From a bacterium (GTDB lineage: Bacteria; Bdellovibrionota_B; Oligoflexia; Oligoflexales; RGVZ01), in contig RGVZ01000001.1 of the NCBI GenBank assembly GCA_010029825.1, forward strand, positions 3,030 through 67,029: a stretch of DNA of 64,000 nucleotides, written 5' to 3'. The stretch's first letter is position 1. Each line of letters begins with the position of its first letter. Positions 27,901 to 37,212 of the stretch are shown in pieces. The notes beneath the pieces are model-generated. The model was not told the origin of the DNA and ran no database searches. It saw only the letters and a list, made by a program, of their open reading frames with translations. A program made the translations under genes and the position numbers.

Positions 27901-29142
27901 ATGGAATTTGTTGTTCAAAAATACGGCGGCACGTCTGTCGGGTCGTTGGACCGGATCAGGCAGGTGGCGGACCATGTGGCCTCGACGCGGGCCCAGGGCG
28001 TCAACGTGGTGGTCGTGGTCAGCGCGATGGGTGAACAGACCGATGACCTGATCGCCATGGCAAAGGAACTGAGTCCCAATCCTCCGCGGCGTGAAGTCGA
28101 CATGCTGTTGACGGCTGGAGAGCGCGTGACGATGGCGCTGCTCAGCATTGCCTTGCACGAACGTGGTCTGAAGTCCGTCTCATTGACGGGATCGCAAAGC
28201 GGGATCCTGACCGACGAGAACCACGGTAATGCCCGGATCGAGAAAATCCTCGGTGACCGGATCCGCCACGCTCTCTCCGACGGAGCGATCGTCATTGTCG
28301 CCGGTTTCCAGGGCGTCAGCCCCAAGACCAAGGAAGTGACCACGCTGGGGCGGGGAGGCTCGGACCTGAGCGCCGTTGCCCTGGCGTCAGTGCTGGGGGC
28401 CAGCCGCTGCGAGCTTTACAAGGACGTCGATGGTGTTTTCACCGCGGACCCGCGCATCGTACCCGGCGCGCGCAAGATCGCGGCGATGCCCTGGTACGCC
28501 ATGTCGGAGTTGGCGTGGGCGGGGGCCGGAGTGCTTCACGCGAGGGCCGCGCACGTCGCGTCCCGGTTCGGACTGGCCGTTGAGATCCGGTCCAGTTTCA
28601 AGCCGCAGGTCCGCGGCACGATCGTTGAACCCTCTACCGAGTTGGATGTAGCCATGTCGACGGACAAGAACGGAATGGAGCACGCCCTTGTGCATGCGAT
28701 CACCTGCAAACAGCACATGTGCTTTCTGGAGGTGGACACGGGAACCGCCGAGGGCGACGCGACAGGCAACTTGCATGCGGGGATACTCGAATCCCTGTGG
28801 CACCATGGTGAGGCGCCTGTCATCAACCAGCAATCCTCCGGCACGATGCGTTTCATGGTCACGGTGAAAACTGCCGGGGTGATCCAGAGCGAGCTGTCCG
28901 CTGGACGGATGGGTAGCGTGCCAAAGTCCACGAAAATTTCCCTGCCCGGCACGGCCGCCATTGGCGTTGTGGGCAACGGTTTCCTGCAGAGTCCTGAAAC
29001 CGTGGCGAAGGCCATGGCAGCCGCCCGCAAGGCAGGAACGCCCGTTTTCTGGGATGTCCGCAATCAAGTCCTCACGATCGGCGTCAAAGACGAGGATTCG
29101 GGCGCGGTCGTCAGGGCACTTCATGACGCGCTGATCGGATGA
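27901..29142 (+). CDS. lysC: aspartate kinase
   Basis: Contains '[19 protein letters not shown]', 'VVVVSAMG' and C-terminal ACT-like regions. Earlier starts at 27880 or 27889 are possible. Confidence 0.9.
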   Translation: MEFVVQKYGGTSVGSLDRIRQVADHVASTRAQGVNVVVVVSAMGEQTDDLIAMAKELSPNPPRREVDMLLTAGERVTMALLSIALHERGLKSVSLTGSQSGILTDENHGNARIEKILGDRIRHALSDGAIVIVAGFQGVSPKTKEVTTLGRGGSDLSAVALASVLGASRCELYKDVDGVFTADPRIVPGARKIAAMPWYAMSELAWAGAGVLHARAAHVASRFGLAVEIRSSFKPQVRGTIVEPSTELDVAMSTDKNGMEHALVHAITCKQHMCFLEVDTGTAEGDATGNLHAGILESLWHHGEAPVINQQSSGTMRFMVTVKTAGVIQSELSAGRMGSVPKSTKISLPGTAAIGVVGNGFLQSPETVAKAMAAARKAGTPVFWDVRNQVLTIGVKDEDSGAVVRALHDALIG

Positions 29143-29166
29143 TACCAATCAGCGCCCAGCAGAAGA

Positions 29167-30054
29167 TCAATCAATTGATTTGGACAGGCTGATACCGACG
29201 GTCGTCGCCGAGGCGTCCTGTACGGTCATCTGTCCCAGGTTCAATCCAACATGCCAACTGCCCGCGTTCAGCATGGCCGTGGCTGTACTGCGGACGACGA
29301 GTCCAAAACCGTTTTGCATTTTCGTGTTGAAACCACTGTCGGAGGTCATGTCCGAATCGCCGACCATGCCCGCGACGTACGCGGCTCCGGCGTCAACTTC
29401 CCCGCGCAGGGAAAACCGGCTACCGCCAAATAATGTATAGCCGACTCCGGCAAGTCCACCGTAAACATTCGCGCTGAAATTCTGGACATCAACGCCGCGA
29501 GATTCTTGTCCGAGGTAATCGCGCAACACATAAGGCTGGGAAATTTCCCCGGATACGTTTGAAAACATCGCGCGCCCGGTCAGTTCCAAGTCTTTCCAGC
29601 TGCGTACAATCCAGGCCCCGGTCGTTTCCGTGCCAGCGGCGCCGGAACCGACGGAGAAGCTGGCCGTTGCGACGCTCACATCGACCATTTTCCGGCCCTT
29701 GTTGCGCTTGATGGTATAGAGATCCTCGATGGAGGCTGGATCCGTCACGTTGTTGAGAAGCGAAACCCTCTCATCCCCGTCGATCTCCGAGTAAGCTTTG
29801 TCGATCACGACAATGCGACGGGGTCCTGACATCTTGGTGATCCGGCCGAACGCGACCAGGCGGTCGTCACTCGTGAAGAGGCCGACGCGATCTCCCGTGA
29901 TCAGCTCCTTTGACGCTACGATGCACGCGCTGCGCGAGGCGTTGCAACTTTCAAGGTTTGCCGCGAGGCTTTTTTCCGCGGCGATGGCAACAACAGAGAC
30001 CATGACGATTGAGAACGCTTTGCCTCGAATCGATGATGTCGCTGCACGGAACAT
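29167..30054 (-). CDS. secreted hypothetical protein, probable beta-barrel C-terminal half
   Basis: Has a signal-like N-terminus (AFSIVMVSVVAIAAEKSLA) and a Gly/Ser/aromatic alternating C-terminal half. Confidence 0.5.
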   Translation of the reverse strand: MFRAATSSIRGKAFSIVMVSVVAIAAEKSLAANLESCNASRSACIVASKELITGDRVGLFTSDDRLVAFGRITKMSGPRRIVVIDKAYSEIDGDERVSLLNNVTDPASIEDLYTIKRNKGRKMVDVSVATASFSVGSGAAGTETTGAWIVRSWKDLELTGRAMFSNVSGEISQPYVLRDYLGQESRGVDVQNFSANVYGGLAGVGYTLFGGSRFSLRGEVDAGAAYVAGMVGDSDMTSDSGFNTKMQNGFGLVVRSTATAMLNAGSWHVGLNLGQMTVQDASATTVGISLSKSID

Positions 30055-30323
30055 GACGGGTGCCTCCCCTCTGGAAACCGGTCCAGCTCGTTTGATGCAA
30101 GGAAGGGGCCGCCTTTCCGGGCTGGAAAGTTTAATTATTACGGCGATTTACAGCATGGTTGGCGTGGGGGCTGTCAAGATTTTGATCAATGGTTCCGGCA
30201 CGTTGACGGTTTCGTTCGGGCCTAAATTTGCGGCATCGGGCGCTGCTCTGTGCTAGCCTCATCGGCTTGAACCGAATGGAATTCTTTTCGGGAGCCTTCA
30301 GGGCGCGTGCTGGGGAGAGGTCG

Positions 30324-30779
30324 ATGGACAATCGCGTGGCATCGCAAACGGAAACGGGCTTGGACCAGTCGGCTGACAAGCCGGCCGGACAAAGTCCAAG
30401 ACCTCGCCTTGTCTGGATCGCAGGAGTCCTCGTGGCGGTTCTTGCGGCGATCTACGCAGGCCGTTACCTGGTGGGTCAATTCGCCGGGCGGCACGCGGAA
30501 CAGGCCCAACCCGGAGACGAGTTTCTCATCGACAGTTTTGAGGATGGCACTTTTCGCCAGATCCAGTTCGGCGATTACCCCCAAATCCTGGTCGAGGACA
30601 ACGAAGGCAAAATAAACGCCTACGCATGCTCGGACGGTTGTCCGCCCCTTGATCAGGAGCCAGATCTTTACGTGAATCGTCAGGTGCGCGTTTTTTTGCG
30701 CAACCAGTCCACACCAGGAAACGATGATCCCTCGGAATCGGGAATCAAGGTTGTTGTCCGGGTTGAGTTATTGCCTTGA
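30324..30779 (+). CDS. membrane-anchored hypothetical protein
   Basis: The ATG at 30324 follows GGGGAGAGG. Has a single TM segment (LVWIAGVLVAVLAAIYAG). No motif was recognised. Confidence 0.45.
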   Translation: MDNRVASQTETGLDQSADKPAGQSPRPRLVWIAGVLVAVLAAIYAGRYLVGQFAGRHAEQAQPGDEFLIDSFEDGTFRQIQFGDYPQILVEDNEGKINAYACSDGCPPLDQEPDLYVNRQVRVFLRNQSTPGNDDPSESGIKVVVRVELLP

Positions 30780-31299
30780 GCACTTCAGCCGCCTCGACAG
30801 CCTTGACGTTCTGGGTCAGGATTCCCTGATAGATCTGCCAGGCACGGAGCCAAGCCAGCCTTTGCCTGGTGCGCGGCAGCCGGCCAAGCCAGTCAGGTAG
30901 CGTCGCGAGTCGTAGCGGTCGATCCGGGTCACCCGGAATTAGCGATGCCGGGACGAGTTCCCGGGGTTGCAAGGCATAGAGTGTGATGCTGGGGGTGACG
31001 CTGACTGTGATGTTTTCACCGCGATCCCCGATTGTTTCCCGGTCCTCACCATGATCGAGCATCACGATGTCCGCGAAATCCTGGCAGACCTCGTAACCCG
31101 CGCGTTCCATGTCAAAGCCAAGGCGATCACGGACCATCTCAGCGATTTGGGGGACGATCGGACTGAGGGGAGCAACCTTCAAATGAAGTCCGGCCCATGG
31201 GCTGGCATCCGAGGGAAACATCCACACGCCGTTGCCACCGTCCATCGGGACCAGGACTACAGCGCGATCCGTTTTGCAATTAACGATCATGTGGGCCAA
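30745..31299 (-). CDS. hypothetical protein immediately downstream of the mglA-like gene
   Basis: 184-aa ORF starting 6 nt after the mglA-like stop. No roadblock/MglB or TPR signature was recognised. Confidence 0.5.
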   Translation of the reverse strand: MAHMIVNCKTDRAVVLVPMDGGNGVWMFPSDASPWAGLHLKVAPLSPIVPQIAEMVRDRLGFDMERAGYEVCQDFADIVMLDHGEDRETIGDRGENITVSVTPSITLYALQPRELVPASLIPGDPDRPLRLATLPDWLGRLPRTRQRLAWLRAWQIYQGILTQNVKAVEAAEVLKAITQPGQQP

Positions 31300-31305
31300 A
31301 CCCCG

Positions 31306-31887
31306 TCAAATGGACAGCGTCTTGATGATTTGCTTGGCAACCGACTGCAAGGTCTCGAGGGTTCCAACCGAGCGGGTCGCGACGGCTTCGTGGTCTGGAA
31401 ATCCGCCCGAATTCAATTCTTCACGCAGGACCTCGACGGGCATGATCTGGTCCATGTCGCGTTTGTTGTACTGGATGACGCGCGGCACGTCGCTGATGCT
31501 GTAGCCGTGTTCGCCGAGGAGGCGGCGGACGTGGGACATGGATTCAAGATTGTCCGCCATGGCTTCGATCCTTGAATCCGCGACGAAGACAAACGCGTCG
31601 AGCCCCTTCATGAGGGTATGCTGCAGCGTCTCATAGAGCGTGTGCACGGGCATCGTGTACAGGTGGAGCTTTACGTGGAAGTCCTTGATCTTCCCGAGAC
31701 TGACGGGGAGGAAATCAAAGAACGGCGTCGGTCCCGCGTTGCCTGACATGTCGATCATTCCGGCCTTCATCTCGCTGGCCGTGCTGGAGTAGATCGATTT
31801 CAAATTCAGGGTCTTTCCGGCCGACTGGGGGCCGAAATACAGCACCTTGCAGTGGATCTCACGTGTCTCGAAATTGGTGAAAGCCAT
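31306..31887 (-). CDS. mglA: MglA-like Ras-superfamily small GTPase
   Basis: Colinear with Myxococcus MglA over its full length. Matching regions include 'REIHCKVLYFGPQSAGKT', 'FFDFLPVSLG', 'HLYTMPVH', 'VFVADS' and 'QYNKRD'. Confidence 0.85.
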   Translation of the reverse strand: MAFTNFETREIHCKVLYFGPQSAGKTLNLKSIYSSTASEMKAGMIDMSGNAGPTPFFDFLPVSLGKIKDFHVKLHLYTMPVHTLYETLQHTLMKGLDAFVFVADSRIEAMADNLESMSHVRRLLGEHGYSISDVPRVIQYNKRDMDQIMPVEVLREELNSGGFPDHEAVATRSVGTLETLQSVAKQIIKTLSI

Positions 31888-31893
31888 AGGTGC

Positions 31894-33528
31894 TCAGTCG
31901 ATGTCCTTGATCCTGACATCTTCCACTTTTCCGGAAAAAATTTCTACAACGTCGCGTGTCATCTGGTGGTTCAGCGCGTTGGCGCGCATGGCCTCATGGC
32001 GTTCGCGAGTCTCGCGGTCGTTTTTCTGGGCGAGAGACTCCGGGGCCCTGAGGGCCTCGTCAGCCGCGTCGGCCTTTTCAATCACGATACGGCCGGTGAA
32101 TCCGAACAACTCGGAGAAAGATTGCTTGAGCCGGGCCTGTTCGTCCTTGTTCAACAAGCAGCGCCCGTATGAGGATTCCTGTACCGTGAGGGAGATGACT
32201 TCCTTGCTGTACACGTGCGGGTGAGCATCTTCAAGTTTGCCGGCCTGCAGGGGACGATGTTTGCGCCACATGGCAACGAGGTCAGCCCATGTTTCAGGAA
32301 ATGCGGGCGTTTGGGTCGGTACGGGAGACGGCTGCACGTTTGTGGTCGCGGCTACCACCGGCTGCGCGGAAGGCGCCATGTTGCGTAATTGTTGGATGTC
32401 CGGCAGTCCGGGATCAAGGCACCACTCGAGCGCGTTGTTTTCCAGAATGCAGCGGTCAAGGACGCTTCCGTCCATGTCCTGGCGACAGCGGATCAGCGTC
32501 CTGAAAATACGGTTGAGGTCAAATGGAGCCGCTGATTTGCCCAGCGTCTCCAACTCCGCGAGTTCGCCAGGGTCCAGATCCAGCTGCGAGACTTCGAGGG
32601 CATCGCGGCCAAGGTCTCGCAGGACGAAGGCGTGGCGTGCGAGTTGCGCGACATCCTCGATCACCGTTGAGAGGTCCGTGCCGGTTTGCTCGATCCTGTC
32701 GATCGTAGACATGACCAGTCGCGCGTCCCTGGCGACCATGGCGCGGAGAAGCGCGGTCACCAGTTCCCGCGGTGCCTGCGCGGTGATGCTCTCGCACAGC
32801 GCCGCGGTCAATTTGCCATTGCCGATGACGATGGCTTGGTCCAGCAGCGTCAGGGCGTCACGCATGGAGCCGCGAGCTTCGCGGGCCACAGGACGCAAGG
32901 CGCCAGGCTCATACTGGATTCCCTCCTGACGCAGGATTTCCTCGAGGCGTGAGATGATTGTCCTGGTCGTCATCTTCTGCAGCAGGAAAACCTGGCAGCG
33001 GGAGAGGATTGTTTGTGGAATTTTCTGGAGCTCGGTCGTAGCAAACAGGAAGACAACGTGCGCCGGTGGTTCCTCAAGCGTCTTGAGGAGGGCATTGAAA
33101 GCGCTTTGCGAGAGCATGTGCACTTCATCGATCAGGTAGATCTTGAACTTCGATCGCTGAGGCACATAACCGATGGAGTCGCGAAGAACCCGGACATCAT
33201 CGACGCTGGTGTTCGACGCGCCATCGATCTCCAGGACGTCCTCGTGATGGCCTTCGGTGATCGCGCGGCAGCTCTCGCAAGTGCCGCATGGCGTCGAGGT
33301 CGGGCCTGACTCACAATTTAGGGCTTTGGCGTAAAGACGGGCTGTGGTCGTCTTGCCGATTCCCCGGACCCCGGAAAAGATGACGGCTTGTGGCGTCCGG
33401 CCCATCTGGATGGCGTTGGCAAGGGCCTTGGCCGTGGTTTCCTGACCGACGAGCTGGTCGAATGTCTGAGGGCGGTATTTCCTAGCCAGCGGTTGGTGTG
33501 TTGCCGGTTGCGTCACGAAAAACCTCAA
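31894..33528 (-). CDS. dnaX: DNA polymerase III subunit gamma/tau
   Basis: Contains 'ARKYRPQTFDQLVGQE', 'GVRGIGKTT', a zinc module 'CESGPTSTPCGTCESC' and 'IDEVHMLS'. The start is TTG 33528 or GTG 33516. Confidence 0.92.
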   Translation of the reverse strand: MRFFVTQPATHQPLARKYRPQTFDQLVGQETTAKALANAIQMGRTPQAVIFSGVRGIGKTTTARLYAKALNCESGPTSTPCGTCESCRAITEGHHEDVLEIDGASNTSVDDVRVLRDSIGYVPQRSKFKIYLIDEVHMLSQSAFNALLKTLEEPPAHVVFLFATTELQKIPQTILSRCQVFLLQKMTTRTIISRLEEILRQEGIQYEPGALRPVAREARGSMRDALTLLDQAIVIGNGKLTAALCESITAQAPRELVTALLRAMVARDARLVMSTIDRIEQTGTDLSTVIEDVAQLARHAFVLRDLGRDALEVSQLDLDPGELAELETLGKSAAPFDLNRIFRTLIRCRQDMDGSVLDRCILENNALEWCLDPGLPDIQQLRNMAPSAQPVVAATTNVQPSPVPTQTPAFPETWADLVAMWRKHRPLQAGKLEDAHPHVYSKEVISLTVQESSYGRCLLNKDEQARLKQSFSELFGFTGRIVIEKADAADEALRAPESLAQKNDRETRERHEAMRANALNHQMTRDVVEIFSGKVEDVRIKDID

Positions 33529-33544
33529 TGAACCTCAATAAATA

Positions 33545-33670
<126 letters not shown>

Positions 33671-33682
33671 GCTCCTGAGCTA

Positions 33683-36418
33683 CTACGAAACCGCCTTGGC
33701 CGGCAAGGGCTTAGCCTTCTTCCATACATCAAACCAGACAACGCACATGGTCGCCAGGAAGGTCGAGGACCAGGTGGCGGCCACAACACCAATGGCCATG
33801 GCCATGGCGAAGTTCCAGATGCTGCCCGAGGCAAAGACAATAATTCCAACCAGGGACAGCAGCGTACAAACGGACGTGTTGATGGACCGGCCCAAGGTTT
33901 CATTGATCGCGTTGTTGACGTTGTCGCGCAGGCTACGCCGCGGATGGAGTTCCAGGTTCTCACGGATACGGTCGTAAATCACGACCGTGTCGTTGACCGT
34001 GTAGCCCGCGACGGTCAGAAGGGCCGCGATCGAGGTCAAGTCAAAGGAAATCCGGGCAAGCACGTAGAATCCTACGACGAGCAGGATATCCATGATCATC
34101 TTGACAACCGAGCCGGGCGCAAAGCGGATATCGAAGCGCAGCATGATGTACAGGACGATGCCGATCAGGGCGTACAAAAGGGATACGGCCCCTTGCGTGC
34201 GAAGTTCCTTGCCCACCTGGGGGCCGACATAGTCGACGCGCAGGATCTCGGGGGTGGCGCTGCTCAAGTCAGACAACAGGTTGGCCTTGAACTTGTCGGT
34301 CCGGGAGTCGACGCTGATGGTCCGTTCCGAGGCCATGTTGTTCGCCTGGGCGCCCGACGCCTTGGACTCATCCCGGTCAAAGCGCAGCAAGTATTGCTGT
34401 TTACCGCCGCCAAGGGCCTGGATCGTCACGTCATTGATTCCGGCCTTGCGTGCCGCGTCGTCAAGCTGGGCTGAAGTCACAGCCTGCGCGAACTTCACCT
34501 CAACTTCGGTGCCACCAGCGAAATCGACGGCCCAATTCATGCCTTTCGCGGACCAGGTCATCAAAGAGAGAACGACAATCACGGTCGTGAGACCAATTGC
34601 CACCGGCGCCTTGCCGAGAAAGTTGAAGTTAAGCGGTTTGTGCTCCTTGTGCTCCGTTGATCCGCCAAGCCACACACGGATGTCTTTCTCTGTTTTGCAA
34701 CGCGCGATGATCCAGTCGAACATGAGCCGCGAGCAATACAGCGAGGTGAAGAGGGACACGATCAGACCGAGGAGCAGCGTGATCGCGAATCCGCGGATCG
34801 GGCCGGACGAGTTCGTTTGCAAGAGAACCGTGGCTGCGATCAACGAAGTCGCGTTGGAGTCAACGATGGTCCAGAAGACGCGCTGGAATCCAAGATCGAG
34901 GGCCTTGCGGCCCGTCTTGCCTTCGCGAAGTTCCTGGCGGATGCGCTCGTTGATCAGGACGTTGGCGTCAACGGCCATGCCGAGGGTCAGGATGAAGCCC
35001 GCGATTCCCGGCAGCGAGAGCGAGAAGTTGAACATCGCCATCAAGGCCAGCAGGAAAACGCCGTTGAGCAACAAGGCGAGCGACGCGATCAGTCCCGGGC
35101 GATGGTAGTAGAAAAGCAGGAAGCCGAAAACGAACAGGAGTCCGGCTATAGTCGAGCGGATTCCCTGACTGGCCAGTTCAGGCCCAAGGCTGGCGCCGAC
35201 CTGGCGCTCTTCAAGGACCTTGATCGTCGCAGGCAGCGCGCCTGATTTCAAAATCAGGGACAGCTGGTTGGCTTCTTCCACGATCTTGTCGTAGGCCTGG
35301 CCGCTGCCGAGGGTGATCTGGGCGCTGCCACCCGAGATTTTCTGCTGGATGACGGGTGCTGACTGGACCACGTCATCCAGGACGATCGCCATGCGACGTT
35401 TGACGTTGGCTCCTGTGATGTTCTCGAACCGTTTCCCTCCGGGTCCTGTGAACTGCATGGACACAACGGGGCGTTGGTCAAGCTGGGAGTTGTCGACGGT
35501 CACGAACGCGTCGAGCACGTCCTCACCGGTGAGTTCTGTGGCAGCCTTTACAACGTAAGTGCGGTAACGGGTCTTGTTCCCGGTGAGGGTTTCCTCACTG
35601 AACAGCAACTCGCGGTCTGCCGGAATCAATGGCTTCGCGACAGTGTTGATGGCGTCACGGTTCTCAGACACAAGGGCGTAGCCTGACATGTCCCGTTCCG
35701 CGATGACGCCTTCGGGCAACTTGCCGGTCATCGAGTTGAAGCCGGTAAAGTCGTCATCCACAATTTTGAACTTCAGCTGCGCCGTTCGGCCGAGAAATTC
35801 TTTCGCCTTCTCTGGATCCTTGAAACCGGGGAGCTGGACCAGAACTGAATTATCAGCACGGCGGCTGATAAGGGGTTCGGAAACACCCCACTTGTCGACG
35901 CGGGAACGGACCACGCGCTCGGCTTGATCAATGGCCGCGGCTTTGATGTCCCTGATCCGGTCTTCATTGAAAGCAAATTCAATTGTGGTTCCGTTGACCG
36001 GGCCGTCTTGCTTCAGGCCCCGGAAGGACTCCGTAAAGGCGGACTTGAATTTTTCCATGTCCGTTCCATCGGCCATCTCGATGTGAAGGCGCGCCCGTCC
36101 CTTGGAGACGTAGCTGGTCTGGACCATCATCCCTTTTTCCTTGGCCCAGTCAGGCAGCTCGGTACCGATCCGGCCAAGTTTGTTCTCCACGGCTTCGGTC
36201 GTATCGACACCGAGGACAAGCTGAACGCCGCCCTGCAGGTCAAGACCGAGGTTCACATAAGCAGCCGGCAGCCATTTCGGAAGCTTGGCTTTTACTGCCG
36301 CAGGATCGTTGCGCACCTCAGGCGGCAACGAGAAGTAGACGATGGACGGGACGCCGGCAAGGATGCCAAGCGCTGTCAGGACACTGACGAAGATCAACCG
36401 GAAACGCATCTGGTTCAT
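33683..36418 (-). CDS. secDF: protein translocase subunit SecDF (fused)
   Basis: 911 aa. Has a SecD-like periplasmic domain and 6 TM segments, followed by a SecF-like repeat ('...YDRIRENL...'). Confidence 0.92.
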   Translation of the reverse strand: MNQMRFRLIFVSVLTALGILAGVPSIVYFSLPPEVRNDPAAVKAKLPKWLPAAYVNLGLDLQGGVQLVLGVDTTEAVENKLGRIGTELPDWAKEKGMMVQTSYVSKGRARLHIEMADGTDMEKFKSAFTESFRGLKQDGPVNGTTIEFAFNEDRIRDIKAAAIDQAERVVRSRVDKWGVSEPLISRRADNSVLVQLPGFKDPEKAKEFLGRTAQLKFKIVDDDFTGFNSMTGKLPEGVIAERDMSGYALVSENRDAINTVAKPLIPADRELLFSEETLTGNKTRYRTYVVKAATELTGEDVLDAFVTVDNSQLDQRPVVSMQFTGPGGKRFENITGANVKRRMAIVLDDVVQSAPVIQQKISGGSAQITLGSGQAYDKIVEEANQLSLILKSGALPATIKVLEERQVGASLGPELASQGIRSTIAGLLFVFGFLLFYYHRPGLIASLALLLNGVFLLALMAMFNFSLSLPGIAGFILTLGMAVDANVLINERIRQELREGKTGRKALDLGFQRVFWTIVDSNATSLIAATVLLQTNSSGPIRGFAITLLLGLIVSLFTSLYCSRLMFDWIIARCKTEKDIRVWLGGSTEHKEHKPLNFNFLGKAPVAIGLTTVIVVLSLMTWSAKGMNWAVDFAGGTEVEVKFAQAVTSAQLDDAARKAGINDVTIQALGGGKQQYLLRFDRDESKASGAQANNMASERTISVDSRTDKFKANLLSDLSSATPEILRVDYVGPQVGKELRTQGAVSLLYALIGIVLYIMLRFDIRFAPGSVVKMIMDILLVVGFYVLARISFDLTSIAALLTVAGYTVNDTVVIYDRIRENLELHPRRSLRDNVNNAINETLGRSINTSVCTLLSLVGIIVFASGSIWNFAMAMAIGVVAATWSSTFLATMCVVWFDVWKKAKPLPAKAVS

Positions 36419-36543
36419 TGGTCAGGCAACTCCTCAATTCCTCTTTCCGCACGGTCTGTTTCGAACAATTAGGCAGGACAATAGCAGACATCCGCGGCCG
36501 GACGCTACGGCACTTGAAGGACCCGGAATAAAAAAGAATCCTC

Positions 36544-36579
36544 AAAAAACAAATCGCCCCGGCTTTTGGCCAGGGCGAT
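36544..36579 (-). terminator. rho-independent terminator after the small secreted protein gene
   Basis: On the minus strand the stem ATCGCCC pairs with GGGCGAT (36553-36559 and 36573-36579), followed by TTGTTTTTT. Confidence 0.65.
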
Positions 36580-36602
36580 CGTCTGGATTACCGGTTGGCG
36601 AA

Positions 36603-36893
36603 TTACTTGTGCTCGCCGCCAGCGTGAGCAGCGCCGTCCATTGTGCCGTGAGCAGCGTCGTCCATTGCGCCGTGGGCAGCAGCTTCAGCGGCTTCTTTCT
36701 TGGCACCCTTCTTGGCAGCCTTCTTGGCAGCCTTCTTGGCAGCCTTCTTGGCCTTCTTCGGAGCTTCGGTGGTGGTTTCGGTGGTGGTTTCGGTGTGAGA
36801 AACCGGAGCTTCAGCAGCCGGAGCAGCAGCTTCGTTTGCGAAAGCCGGAGCAGAGAGACCGATCAGAGCAGCAGCGAGAATAACCTTTTTCAT
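36603..36893 (-). CDS. small secreted repeat protein (Thr/Glu, Lys/Ala and His-containing repeats)
   Basis: The ATG at 36893 follows AAGGAG. Has a signal peptide (MKKVILAAALIGLSAPAFA). The mature part reads 'TETTTETTTE', '(AKKA)n' and 'AAHGAMDDAAHGTMDGAAHAGGEHK'. Confidence 0.65.
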   Translation of the reverse strand: MKKVILAAALIGLSAPAFANEAAAPAAEAPVSHTETTTETTTEAPKKAKKAAKKAAKKAAKKGAKKEAAEAAAHGAMDDAAHGTMDGAAHAGGEHK

Positions 36894-37066
36894 GACATCA
36901 CTCCTTGACTTGATTTTCGCCGCCACATCAAACGTTCCCGAACACCGGGGGGCAGACATAGGCAGCAAATCGTTGAAATAACCTTTTATGACTTAACCAA
37001 GATCCGTAAAAACCGTCAATAGGCGGAAACTGCCCGCCTTCTCATCACCCCGGGTAAATCTTGTCG

Positions 37067-37094
37067 TTGCCTGTGCCGACAATTCTGCTATGGT
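37067..37094 (+). promoter_or_regulatory. candidate promoter for tRNA-Ser
   Basis: TTGCCT (37067-37072), a 16-nt spacer and TATGGT (37089-37094), about 20 nt upstream of the tRNA 5' end. Confidence 0.3.
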
Positions 37095-37113
37095 CTGCGG
37101 CTCGTGTTCCCAC

Positions 37114-37203
37114 GGAGAGATGGCCGAGTGGTTGAAGGCGCACGCCTGGAACGCGTGTAGGGTGTAACAGCCCTCGTGGGTTCGAATCCCACTCTCTCCG
37201 CCA
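37114..37203 (+). tRNA. tRNA-Ser (anticodon GGA), CCA encoded
   Basis: Cloverleaf read by hand. The acceptor GGAGAGA pairs with TCTCTCC. The anticodon stem is CACGC/GCGTG with loop CTGGAAC. Has a long variable arm (AGGG...CCCT) and a T-arm GTGGG-TTCGAAT-CCCAC. Confidence 0.9.
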
Positions 37204-37212
37204 CCCCAACCG

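Noticed and set aside
31894-33528. Programmed -1 frameshift site in dnaX
   Set aside because: No A-AAA-AAG type slippery heptamer (CTTTTTT on the + strand) was seen on reading the gene. This was not exhaustively computed.
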